Part shown: piece after piece, positions 1 to 8,931 of the stretch
How the letters are laid out: the number at the start of each line of letters is the position of its first letter
How positions within the stretch are numbered: the first letter of the stretch is position 1
Source of the DNA: Shigella phage KPS64
Length of the DNA stretch: 64,000 nt
Sequence record: MK562502
Direction: 5' to 3' (one strand)
The notes under the pieces: generated by a model
The model's input: only the letters and a program-made list of their open reading frames with translations
Told to the model about the DNA's origin: nothing
Databases searched by the model: none
Translations under genes and position numbers: made by a program

Positions 1-2373
1 TTATTCCCAACAGTTGGTATCTTCTGGGATGCTCTTAGTGTCAAAACCTAAAAACTTACCAACTTCGACGGGTGATACTTTATTCCAATCCAGATTAGAA
101 AGCAAGAAGTTTTCTTTACGGCGTTTCTCAAAGTAATCTTTGAACTTACTTTCAAGACGCTTCTTAGCGTTATCCAGAACCTTTCTTGGCTTACAAGAGC
201 CTCTCATATTCCTGCGAATGGTATCAAGAGTGCTGGTAATATCTTTGTAAGCAACTGGTGCAGCAGTGTATGCCAAGCGTCCAAACATTGCTTCTATAGC
301 CTCTTCATTCCCCTCTAAGAAAATAGTCTTCTTAAAGTCTTTACTGTAAATGTGGCCTCTGGACTTACGCTTATCAGCAAACATAAAGTTTCGAGAAATC
401 ACATTACAATCAGTAATATCATGATTATTAGTCATATATTGGTGAGTCAAGAAACGATGATACTCAATCCAATGTGTAGCATCAATGAAATCTTTCATCA
501 CTTGTTCATTGACTTCTGTCCAGTCTTCAGGAATCTTTTTCCAGTTGGCTTTACGGAAGACATAAACTGACTGTCCAGTTAACTCTGTTATCAACGTTGC
601 AGCACGTTCTGGTGAACATGAGAAGATTCCACCAATCACTTCATCACTCTGTGCTTTGATATACAGTTGTGGTTCTTCAATCTCATCAAAGTTCTCTTTA
701 ACCTCTGTATAACGAATCATGTAAGTATTTGGACATATAAATGCTTTATACAGTTTTACAACACCACGTACAATAGTACGTTTTTCATAGTGGTGCTCTT
801 TAGATGACATTGTATGCACACTTAACAGACTCTTGTCAAGCATATGCAAAGCTACAAACTCATCAAATTGCTGCTGACTGCTGAACAAGAAAGCAATACC
901 ATTGTAGCGACGGAAGTTAGAGTCTTCCTGTTCACGGTCACGGCAAGCTCCACGGATAATCTGGTTTTTACCAGTTGTCTTCTCAGACCCGTTCTTGTTT
1001 CGACGGTCATTAATAAGGAACAAATAGTTGCTCAACTTATCTTTACTCATTGCACCAAAGATACTAAACATTGCTGCATCTTGTGAATAAGTTGCTGAAG
1101 TTGCTCGAATACGGTTCTCCAGACTGCTGTACTTGTAGTATGCTACAGGTTCATACAGATTACCAATATTAGGAACTGGATTACCATCTTTGTCAAGCCT
1201 CAAGTTACCTGCATCATCTTTCAAGAATGACGGAGAACCATCTGCTTCAGTTAACTGACCACGACGGATACCTAACAGTTTTTGTTCAAGCTTTTTCAAG
1301 TTCTGGCCTTGCCATTCCAGAGAATCTTGGACGTGAATAAAGATTTCACGAGCCTCCTTCCTCATGGTATCATAGGCTTGAGCAGCATCAATCAGAGTTG
1401 GCTTGTTAGCAATCTCTTTTACCACATCTTCTACGATTGTCTTAGTGATTTTCTTCACAGCTTCAACAATCTTGGTCTTAGTGGTCTCATTCATCTGCAA
1501 TGCTTCACGAGATGCAGCAATAGCCACTGAACCAATTGGCATGTAGATGTTAACAAGGTCTACAGCACTACGGAAGAACTGAGGCAGAATGCTTGTAAAC
1601 TCTGAACCAAGCAACTCACCCATTTCAACAGGATAAGCAATATTACCCATGATTACATTGAAATGGACACTGTTACTATTTGAACGCCAGCTCTCTTTGT
1701 ACTTCATTGCATCATAGACACCCTCTTCACGAGAAATGGAAGTCATTGCTTCAAGAATGTCATAGTACTCAACATTACACTCTGGCTTAACTTTAAAGTA
1801 CGAGTATACATTGCTCGCTTCTTCATGAAACTTGTTGATACGGTTATCGGATACCGCTACTCGAACAGCTAAACCATTTGGCTCTGTAGTTGGGTTAGTA
1901 GTCAACTTAGTTACTTGAGGGATACCATTCTCAAGGTAAACTGAGTATTTGTTAACTACACCATCAACATAGCTTGATACAGTGAATGACTGAGCAATTG
2001 CAAATGGGGACTTTGAACCGATACCCATAGCACCAATGTAGTCGTTTGAATCGTTCTTTGTAGATTCTCCATAGGTCATGTAAAGTTTCATAACTTTATC
2101 ATGAGTCAGTCCTGTACCAAAGTCACGAACTTCAAAGAATGGCTCAAAACGAGTTGGTAAGTGAACCAAGAAAGGTTTATCAACGTTACCAGAATCAATG
2201 TGAGCATCTACTGCGTTGCATGACAATTCACGAATTACAGCACGTTCTTTATATGTGTAAACACCTGAGCTTAGAAGACTGAACATTTCAGGTGTCATCT
2301 TAATCTGAGCCTGAGAGGTTTCCAGTGTACTTGAGCTTTTAATTACCGTTGCGTGGTCATTTACCATGCGCAT
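1..2373 (-). CDS. rIIA-like protein with N-terminal GHKL-type ATPase motifs
   Basis: 790-aa ORF, stop TAA at 1-3. N-terminal segment (RELSCNAVDAH ... DFGTGL ... GAMGIGSKS) resembles histidine-kinase/Hsp90-type ATP-binding motifs as in T4 rIIA. Motif recognition only. Confidence 0.45.
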   Translation of the reverse strand: MRMVNDHATVIKSSSTLETSQAQIKMTPEMFSLLSSGVYTYKERAVIRELSCNAVDAHIDSGNVDKPFLVHLPTRFEPFFEVRDFGTGLTHDKVMKLYMTYGESTKNDSNDYIGAMGIGSKSPFAIAQSFTVSSYVDGVVNKYSVYLENGIPQVTKLTTNPTTEPNGLAVRVAVSDNRINKFHEEASNVYSYFKVKPECNVEYYDILEAMTSISREEGVYDAMKYKESWRSNSNSVHFNVIMGNIAYPVEMGELLGSEFTSILPQFFRSAVDLVNIYMPIGSVAIAASREALQMNETTKTKIVEAVKKITKTIVEDVVKEIANKPTLIDAAQAYDTMRKEAREIFIHVQDSLEWQGQNLKKLEQKLLGIRRGQLTEADGSPSFLKDDAGNLRLDKDGNPVPNIGNLYEPVAYYKYSSLENRIRATSATYSQDAAMFSIFGAMSKDKLSNYLFLINDRRNKNGSEKTTGKNQIIRGACRDREQEDSNFRRYNGIAFLFSSQQQFDEFVALHMLDKSLLSVHTMSSKEHHYEKRTIVRGVVKLYKAFICPNTYMIRYTEVKENFDEIEEPQLYIKAQSDEVIGGIFSCSPERAATLITELTGQSVYVFRKANWKKIPEDWTEVNEQVMKDFIDATHWIEYHRFLTHQYMTNNHDITDCNVISRNFMFADKRKSRGHIYSKDFKKTIFLEGNEEAIEAMFGRLAYTAAPVAYKDITSTLDTIRRNMRGSCKPRKVLDNAKKRLESKFKDYFEKRRKENFLLSNLDWNKVSPVEVGKFLGFDTKSIPEDTNCWE

Positions 2374-2435
2374 AAGAATATCTCCTTAGTTGTCGATGTG
2401 GCAAACTATATAATTTTATAGATGCCACTGTCAAG

Positions 2436-2615
2436 TTACTTTTTAAATTTCTTTCCAGTTCCATTACAGTAAGGGCAACAATGACCTATACCAACTACCC
2501 CAGAACCTTCACACTCATCACAAGGTTCGGTCTCTGAGAAGTACTTGCATAGTAACACTGCAAAAGCAACTATACAACCGAGTGAAAGAACAATTTCTAA
2601 CCAATAACCTTGCAT
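2436..2615 (-). CDS. 59-aa membrane-anchored protein with DnaJ-type zinc finger (two CxxCxGxG repeats)
   Basis: Hand translation MQGYWLEIVLSLGCIVAFAVLLCKYFSETEPCDECEGSGVVGIGHCCPYCNGTGKKFKK. GGAG about 6 nt upstream of ATG. Below the 60-aa cut-off of the ORF track. Confidence 0.4.
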   Translation of the reverse strand: MQGYWLEIVLSLGCIVAFAVLLCKYFSETEPCDECEGSGVVGIGHCCPYCNGTGKKFKK

Positions 2616-2944
2616 ACCTTATCTCCTATAGTTCTGAATAGGACAAAACTCCTGTCATGGACAATACTCGAAGATACTGCAAAACTATTCTCAAGTATCT
2701 TTTTGTTTGGATTGTAAAATTCTTCTTGAAACAAATCAAGAGCTTCTTGATGGTTCTGTGGAAGACCTTTGATATAAACCTTCAAAGTAACCGTTGTATA
2801 AATCTCAGAAGCTAACTCTGATTGTGCTGCTTGAAACAGTTCATTGATAAACTTATGACCATCTTCATGGCGCTTGATGTTTTCCCAACGCTCTTCAATG
2901 ATTAAATTAACATTCATCTGTTTAATTTTCATATTAATCTCCAC
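2597..2944 (-). CDS. hypothetical protein
   Basis: 115-aa ORF; GGAG-type RBS before the internal MKIKQ start; no recognisable motif. Confidence 0.4.
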   Translation of the reverse strand: MEINMKIKQMNVNLIIEERWENIKRHEDGHKFINELFQAAQSELASEIYTTVTLKVYIKGLPQNHQEALDLFQEEFYNPNKKILENSFAVSSSIVHDRSFVLFRTIGDKVCKVIG

Positions 2945-2948
2945 AAAT

Positions 2949-2970
2949 TAAAAAGGCTCCCGTAGGAGCC
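2949..2970 (-). terminator. rho-independent terminator (minus strand)
   Basis: Hairpin GGCTCC-CGTA-GGAGCC followed by a T-run on the minus strand, downstream of the NAMPT-like gene. Confidence 0.5.
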
Positions 2971-2985
2971 TCTTATCATACTGTT

Positions 2986-4803
2986 TTAAAGTTGCTTGTC
3001 AATAGTATTTCGAACATCACGCAGGTTAACGTAACCATAAGGTTGCGAGTTACTAAATACCAGTTTCAAAGCACTATGACAGTTGTCAATTGCACCTTCA
3101 AACTCTGCAAAGCCAAAACCATCTACAGCTACCAGCTTGTCACCATCCCACATAGGGACGACTCCACCAAAAGCAGACTTCTTAAGACCACTGTCAGTTT
3201 TAGGGTCTTTAGCCAGCATAATTTCTTGACCATCCATCTGTGCAAGAGTTGCTTTAACAGCAAATGCAAAGGTGTCACGAGTCAGGTACTGATAGGTGTA
3301 TGAGCCTACACCAAACACTACGTTAGAACTTGCAAAACCTTTATCAGCAAGACGTGACAGAATCTCATTAGCCCTTTCCAGAGTGATAGAATCACCGTAG
3401 ATTAGTCCAATGTGCTCATCCAGTACTTTGTACCCTTTGGAGTTAATAGTGCCACCAAAGATGTTATACAGCGTGTGGATAGCTCCGTCAATTTCTGCTG
3501 TCAGCATACGCTTCACAGTAAACTGTCCAGTTTTCTGAGCGGTAATCAGGTTGATTGTATCAGCAGATTCAAAATCTTCTTTATCAACAACCATCTCATA
3601 ACCTTCAGAGATTAGCCAAGCAGAGAACCCAAAGCCAATATCAGACATTTCACAATTCAAGATTGTGTCATGCAGATGTGTATTGTTCGGTGCAAGCTCT
3701 TTCATGTGCTTATAGAACATTGACTTAGCAGTTTCCCATTCAATGGCTTTGTAACCTGTAACAATGTGAACAGGGTCTCCAGAGTCTGGACGAATTACCA
3801 ACTTACCATCACGATTCAGAATTACATTACGTAGCTCTGGCAGAATCTGTGTAACAGTACGCCAGAAGTTGTAAGTATCTGATACGGCACTTGCAATACC
3901 AGTTGGGTAAACTTCTGTCAGAAGGCGATGGAAAGTTTCTACCTCACCACGCCAACGCATTGCATCAAGTAAGTTGTCAGAATGCGATAGATGCCAATCA
4001 CTTACCTCTTTGTTAAGACTGTTCCATGAGATGTTTGCACACATCACAGAGTGCTCAGTAGCTGGGACAGAGTTACCAATCTCACCTACATTCATAAACT
4101 GACCATATGCACGTTTAGCTGTATATACAGCAGGGAAGCTGTCAGTACCTTTAAAACTTGTCAGGTGACCTACTGCGTTAAACGCATCATCTGTGAAGCC
4201 AGACATACCACGCATTGCAAAGTCATGACACTGCCAAGGTAAATGGAAGTCGTTGTCACAGGTCTTGTCAGCCCATTGCTTACAAATACGTTTGTAGTGC
4301 AGTGCAATTGTTGCAATCGTACAAGCTTTCCAGATTTCAGCAGAGAAAGCATCTTCAAGGTAACCAGCTACCCAATGGAATCCCTCTACAGTGTTTTTGA
4401 ATACAATCATCGGGACACGCATAGGGACAATTGTACCTTCCTCTACAGAGTAGACTTCAACAGGTAGGTAGCCCAAGTCATGAAGTTCTTCCCAATGTTG
4501 ACGACCAATAGCATCTGCACCGAGAACACCATTCATGATTTCCAAGATTTCGTCAATGGCTTCTTTCTTATCACGTTCAAAGAACGTTGCATTCCAGTGG
4601 TCTACCAGATAGTCTTTTACAAAACGCTGAATACCAAAGGCTACAACACCATCAATCTCTAACGGAGAGTTAAACCATTTGTCTCCACGAGGTGTTAAGT
4701 TCAGCATAAGATACTGTGTAGCATCTGGATACTGGTAGAAATGGCCAGATTTGTAGGCATCTGCATTAAGTGCTGCTGGTACTGCATAAAGTGATTTAGT
4801 CAT
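2986..4803 (-). CDS. nadV: nicotinamide phosphoribosyltransferase family protein (NAMPT/NadV-like; possible Namat)
   Basis: 605-aa ORF with NAMPT-like N-terminus and length; AG-rich RBS region upstream. Confidence 0.8.
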   Translation of the reverse strand: MTKSLYAVPAALNADAYKSGHFYQYPDATQYLMLNLTPRGDKWFNSPLEIDGVVAFGIQRFVKDYLVDHWNATFFERDKKEAIDEILEIMNGVLGADAIGRQHWEELHDLGYLPVEVYSVEEGTIVPMRVPMIVFKNTVEGFHWVAGYLEDAFSAEIWKACTIATIALHYKRICKQWADKTCDNDFHLPWQCHDFAMRGMSGFTDDAFNAVGHLTSFKGTDSFPAVYTAKRAYGQFMNVGEIGNSVPATEHSVMCANISWNSLNKEVSDWHLSHSDNLLDAMRWRGEVETFHRLLTEVYPTGIASAVSDTYNFWRTVTQILPELRNVILNRDGKLVIRPDSGDPVHIVTGYKAIEWETAKSMFYKHMKELAPNNTHLHDTILNCEMSDIGFGFSAWLISEGYEMVVDKEDFESADTINLITAQKTGQFTVKRMLTAEIDGAIHTLYNIFGGTINSKGYKVLDEHIGLIYGDSITLERANEILSRLADKGFASSNVVFGVGSYTYQYLTRDTFAFAVKATLAQMDGQEIMLAKDPKTDSGLKKSAFGGVVPMWDGDKLVAVDGFGFAEFEGAIDNCHSALKLVFSNSQPYGYVNLRDVRNTIDKQL

Positions 4804-4847
4804 CTTTTTATCTCTCTCAAAGTGGGGCTTTTCAGCCCCTAAAGTTG

Positions 4848-5747
4848 TTATTCAATATTTGCTACGGTCACTTGTGGGAAGTGGGAAAGACCACGGTCTT
4901 TTTCATCCCCGAGTGAGTTTGTAGTGTAGATATGGTCGATGCCATTGTCAAGAAGATTTTCAACACCTTTAGAGAAAATCCCATGAGTCACATACAGTTC
5001 TACACGTTCTGCTCCAGCTTCACGAAGATACTTTGCAGCCTCAATGAAGGTACGACCACCGTCACAGATATCATCCAGAATCATGACAGTCTTACCTGTT
5101 AAGTCTACATCATCAAGTATTCGCATACCAGTGATTTCACCAGTTTTCAGGTTTCGTACCTTAGCCATTGTAATGTAAGGTTTCTCAACCTCTTTAGCAG
5201 CCTCTTCAGTCTTCTTAGCTGCACCTGCATCTGGAGCCACTAAGTAATCAATGCGTGGGTCACTTGCAAAGTGGACTGCTGCCTCTTTTTGAGGGAGGTT
5301 GTAGAAGCTCTTAAACAAATTCTCTGCAACATTACTGTGAGTATCCAGAGCACATACTGCATCGAACTCCATAGCATTTACAAGATTTGCAAAGACTTTA
5401 AGTGCTGCTGCATCACCTTTAAACATGTGACGGTCATAGCGAGCATTTGGTAAGAATCCAAAGACAACAGTTTTCAGAGTTGCTTTCTGAGGAATCAAAC
5501 GGTCAATTGCTTCTTTAGCCATAGCCAATGCAAAGAGTGTGTCTTTGTCATAACCTTGTACAGTGAATATTACGTTTTCAATCTTACCAGCAGCATGTTC
5601 AGCAAAGTCTACTAAGTCTTCTGAGAAGTTACCACCAATCTCCCCAGAAGGGAACTGGATAATGTTGAAGGTCTCTTGATGAGAACCTTTGGAATTTGAA
5701 TTAAGTAGAACTCGAATAGTAGTTTTCATAATATCTCTCTCAGTCAA
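4848..5747 (-). CDS. ribose-phosphate pyrophosphokinase family protein (Prs-like; possible ADP-ribose pyrophosphokinase)
   Basis: 299-aa ORF; FPSGE, NARYDRH and ILDDICDGGRT segments match the Prs/PRTase type I fold. Confidence 0.7.
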   Translation of the reverse strand: MTERDIMKTTIRVLLNSNSKGSHQETFNIIQFPSGEIGGNFSEDLVDFAEHAAGKIENVIFTVQGYDKDTLFALAMAKEAIDRLIPQKATLKTVVFGFLPNARYDRHMFKGDAAALKVFANLVNAMEFDAVCALDTHSNVAENLFKSFYNLPQKEAAVHFASDPRIDYLVAPDAGAAKKTEEAAKEVEKPYITMAKVRNLKTGEITGMRILDDVDLTGKTVMILDDICDGGRTFIEAAKYLREAGAERVELYVTHGIFSKGVENLLDNGIDHIYTTNSLGDEKDRGLSHFPQVTVANIE

Positions 5748-6045
5748 AAGTTACAAATGTTACAGCCATAGCTGATTTACATTTCTTTGGGTCTACAATG
5801 TGGTAGATAACTGAACAGTTTCCTGTTCCGTCTGGTACTGGTTTTGTCCAAGTACGTTCAATATTTGGCTCTCCAAACTCTTTATAGAATCCGTTGGAGT
5901 AGTGGTCTATCATCTCAATAGCAAGTGCATCTGGGACGTGACCACGCATCATATACATCTCACTACCATTTCCAGCTTCGCTAATAAGCTCTTTGATATC
6001 CCATTGTTCTCTAGCCATGATAAGTTGCCTCATAAACTGTCTCAA
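5740..6045 (-). CDS. hypothetical protein
   Basis: 101-aa ORF, 4-nt start/stop overlap with the Prs-like gene; no motif. Confidence 0.35.
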   Translation of the reverse strand: MRQFMRQLIMAREQWDIKELISEAGNGSEMYMMRGHVPDALAIEMIDHYSNGFYKEFGEPNIERTWTKPVPDGTGNCSVIYHIVDPKKCKSAMAVTFVTFD

Positions 6046-6526
6046 GCTTCAACAAGAGTGATATTGCCAGAACTGCATATTCCCTGTCAAGCATTGGTGG
6101 CATATTATTTTTAAGATATGCTTTCTGTTCCTCCCAAGTCATCTTAGGGGCTTCTGGAAGCTTCTCTCCTTGCTTCTGGTTATCTTCTTGAGTCTGGATA
6201 AACCAGTTCGAGCAATGGTGCTCTCCACCTTTTGTCACGGGCTTATGGTGGCCTAATGTGAAAGCTTTCTTTCCAGAATATCTACAAAGCTTATTAAGGG
6301 TTGCAATAGTATTCTTGACAACACAGTATTCATAGAGGTTGTCAATAGTGTAATGAGGGTAGTACTGGAACAAGGCACTATCACGGAACTTACCACGGTT
6401 CCAAAGCACCATGTGATTAGAATTTGAGGGGTCATACTGATGTGACTCGATGAACTCTTGACGCTCATCAAAATCAAGACGAAGAACAGACATTGCAGCA
6501 GCACGTTTCAGATTTGAATGGTACAT
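6011..6526 (-). CDS. putative HNH-type endonuclease
   Basis: 171-aa ORF containing GHHKPVTKGGEHHCSNW, resembling the HNH His-Asn-His core. Weak. Confidence 0.3.
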   Translation of the reverse strand: MYHSNLKRAAAMSVLRLDFDERQEFIESHQYDPSNSNHMVLWNRGKFRDSALFQYYPHYTIDNLYEYCVVKNTIATLNKLCRYSGKKAFTLGHHKPVTKGGEHHCSNWFIQTQEDNQKQGEKLPEAPKMTWEEQKAYLKNNMPPMLDREYAVLAISLLLKLETVYEATYHG

Positions 6527-6537
6527 GATTTCTCCAA

Positions 6538-6565
6538 AATAAAAAGGGAACCTTTTACAGTTCCC
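6538..6565 (-). terminator. rho-independent terminator (minus strand)
   Basis: Hairpin GGGAAC-8nt-GTTCCC followed by a T-run on the minus strand. Confidence 0.5.
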
Positions 6566-6578
6566 TAATCATATACGT

Positions 6579-6890
6579 TTACTGAGCTATTTTCAAGACT
6601 TTTAAGAAACCTTCCTCACCAATTGCATCATAAACGTTTTCAGTTGGCTTGATAAGGTTGTTCAAGCATACAATTTTCTTACGCTTCTTGTCATAAGTAA
6701 GCTTCAGTTGTTTCAACTCTTTGTCATCTTCAGGGTGCTCGTTGTACATCTTCACAGCTTCTTTAAAGCTAATGTAGCCACCACCTAAAATAAGGAAACC
6801 TGTACCACAATAGTGGGAGTTGTGTTTATCAGCCATAAACTGGCACAGGATAGAAATCTGAATTTTACGAGTGTTATAAATCTTTTCCAT
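6579..6890 (-). CDS. hypothetical protein
   Basis: 103-aa ORF, same strand as neighbours. Confidence 0.4.
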   Translation of the reverse strand: MEKIYNTRKIQISILCQFMADKHNSHYCGTGFLILGGGYISFKEAVKMYNEHPEDDKELKQLKLTYDKKRKKIVCLNNLIKPTENVYDAIGEEGFLKVLKIAQ

Positions 6891-6901
6891 TTTAATAATC
6901 C

Positions 6902-7159
6902 TTACTTGCTACGTTTGCGGTTGCGAGCTTTTTTAGCTGCACGTTTAATTGCTGCTGCACCAGTTTGGCGATGAGCTTGCTTCTTGCCACCTTTACCACG
7001 TCCAACATGGATGTAAGGTTGCTGTTCAATCTGGCTTGCAAGAACCTGTGCAACTGCTGAAGCGTCTACTCCAACCTGCTTACCAGTCATTGAAACGATA
7101 GCTGCTGCTTTTGCCAGAGCTGCTAAGAAACCTGCTTTCATGTTTGAAAAAATTCCCAT
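6902..7159 (-). CDS. hypothetical small basic protein
   Basis: 85-aa ORF; Ala-rich N-terminus and Lys/Arg-rich C-terminus. Confidence 0.4.
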   Translation of the reverse strand: MGIFSNMKAGFLAALAKAAAIVSMTGKQVGVDASAVAQVLASQIEQQPYIHVGRGKGGKKQAHRQTGAAAIKRAAKKARNRKRSK

Positions 7160-7174
7160 TTTAATATCTCTCTA

Positions 7175-7432
7175 TTAAAGTTTAATACAGAACTGTTTCA
7201 GTTCTTCTTCTGTTACGGAAACCACTTTGTCATCTTCAACAATATTTGTTGCGTAGAAGTTTGACATGTGTGACTTATATTTTACTCTGAAAACTTCAAC
7301 TTCTGCAAGCTTTTTTAAAGCGTCTAATCCAGTTGTATCAAAAAGACTCTTTGTGTACTTCTGCCAATCTTCAAGAGTGTTAGGGTTAACCTTATACTCT
7401 CCAAACAGTGAGCTATTGCAAGAGATGGTCAT
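7175..7432 (-). CDS. hypothetical protein
   Basis: Track ORF 7175..7573 trimmed to the Met preceded by AAAGAGG, which removes overlap with nrdG. Confidence 0.35.
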   Translation of the reverse strand: MTISCNSSLFGEYKVNPNTLEDWQKYTKSLFDTTGLDALKKLAEVEVFRVKYKSHMSNFYATNIVEDDKVVSVTEEELKQFCIKL

Positions 7433-7457
7433 AATCTCACCTCTTTGAAAACCCGCT

Positions 7458-7949
7458 CTATTCTGCTCTCCATTGACAGTCGCCTTGCCAGCCATATTCT
7501 TTTCTCCAAAGTATTTGATTGTCAGACCCACGATATGGTTTGTGTGTTGGTTTAGAAGCATCATACTTACCATCTATTACCACGTCAACATATTTCATCA
7601 CTTCTAAGTTAATTTTTTCATGTAGTTGGTAACCTGTCCATAACCAGATAGACTTGTCTGGGTATACGGTTTTAATCCGCTTACAGATATTTGTTACTGT
7701 CTGAACATTCCTATCATCAAGTGGTTCTCCACCAAGGATAGATAGACCACTGATTCCATCATCATTCATTATCTGCATAATGCCATAAAGGTTTGCATAA
7801 GTAAACTCTTTACCAGCATTAAACTTCCAAGATTCCTTGTTAAAACAACCTTCACAGTGATGTTTGCAGCCAGCTACAAAAAGACTGACACGAGCACCTT
7901 CACCGTTCGCTGTATCGAATTTTCGTATTTCCATGTAGTTCATTAGCAC
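7458..7949 (-). CDS. nrdG: anaerobic ribonucleotide reductase activating protein (radical SAM)
   Basis: 163-aa ORF with CxxxCxxC cluster (GCKHHCEGCFN) and GGEPL motif; directly downstream of nrdD. Confidence 0.8.
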   Translation of the reverse strand: MLMNYMEIRKFDTANGEGARVSLFVAGCKHHCEGCFNKESWKFNAGKEFTYANLYGIMQIMNDDGISGLSILGGEPLDDRNVQTVTNICKRIKTVYPDKSIWLWTGYQLHEKINLEVMKYVDVVIDGKYDASKPTHKPYRGSDNQILWRKEYGWQGDCQWRAE

Positions 7950-8335
7950 ACCTCAACTTCAAAACTTACATGTTTTGTGACGTACTCTTCACAATGCTCT
8001 TTAATAAATTCCTGAAGCAGTTCATCTTCCTGAGCACGAGTCATCAAAGCAACATACTTTGGATTCATTGTTTGCTGAATACTGTAGAAAGACATGTCAC
8101 CAATTTCTGTACCATATGAATCTGACCATGTTCCAGTTACTACTAAGACTTTATCACTCAACTCCGTAGGGAGTTCAATGTCATCATCCTTTGCGTCATC
8201 AATAACAGAGTCAGTTATTAAAAGAGTACATGCTATGTAAAACTCTGAGTATTTTCTGTGAGTTTTCTCACAAGAGCCACACTCTAAAGCATAGTCTTTA
8301 AGCCAGTTCATTTGATTTTTATTTAATTTAGTCAT
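7943..8335 (-). CDS. hypothetical protein
   Basis: 130-aa ORF with Cys-containing N-terminus; no motif. Confidence 0.4.
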   Translation of the reverse strand: MTKLNKNQMNWLKDYALECGSCEKTHRKYSEFYIACTLLITDSVIDDAKDDDIELPTELSDKVLVVTGTWSDSYGTEIGDMSFYSIQQTMNPKYVALMTRAQEDELLQEFIKEHCEEYVTKHVSFEVEVC

Positions 8336-8431
8336 TTCTCTTTCCTTTCAATGTGTTGTATAAAAGACCTAACAAGAAACCTAGTAAGACAGAGCCTACT
8401 AAGGTGACTAACAAGAATGTTTTAATCATCA

Positions 8432-8716
8432 TCAATACCACCATATTGTTTGGTTGTTATCACAAACATACAGGTACTCTGTCCCGATTTGTGGGACGAT
8501 GATTGTAGTGTTGCCTGATATGACTGTCATATAGTATAGGTAATTTCTACTCTGTGACGTTTGCTGACAATGGTTTGCAGTCATCCAAAGCTTAGTGTGG
8601 TAACTGTCATACACAGCAAAACCTATCAGAATTACTAATGCAATCCCAAGAAACCATAACCAAAATTTAGGCCAAAAATCATAGCTCATGCTGTGACCTC
8701 TTGATACACTTTCCAA
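8432..8716 (-). CDS. hypothetical membrane protein
   Basis: 94-aa ORF with one hydrophobic helix (FWLWFLGIALVILIGFAVY). Confidence 0.35.
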   Translation of the reverse strand: MESVSRGHSMSYDFWPKFWLWFLGIALVILIGFAVYDSYHTKLWMTANHCQQTSQSRNYLYYMTVISGNTTIIVPQIGTEYLYVCDNNQTIWWY

Positions 8717-8907
8717 ACGTTTTTTGTTAAGTCCTCGTCATACCATACCCCATTAGAACCTTGCCAAGACACAGTGTATTTATTTTCAGATACATGTTTG
8801 AGGACAGCCTCAAGTGTGCGATTAGACTTTCCTGCAACGAAAAGGTAAACCTTGCCAATTTTCAACATTTTATTATCTCCAATAAAAAGGTGATGTAAGC
8901 CTATCAA
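8686..8907 (-). CDS. hypothetical protein
   Basis: 73-aa ORF; start probably the internal MLKIGK. Confidence 0.3.
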   Translation of the reverse strand: MIGLHHLFIGDNKMLKIGKVYLFVAGKSNRTLEAVLKHVSENKYTVSWQGSNGVWYDEDLTKNVWKVYQEVTA

Positions 8908-8931
8908 GACCTACACCACCTTGTCAACTAC

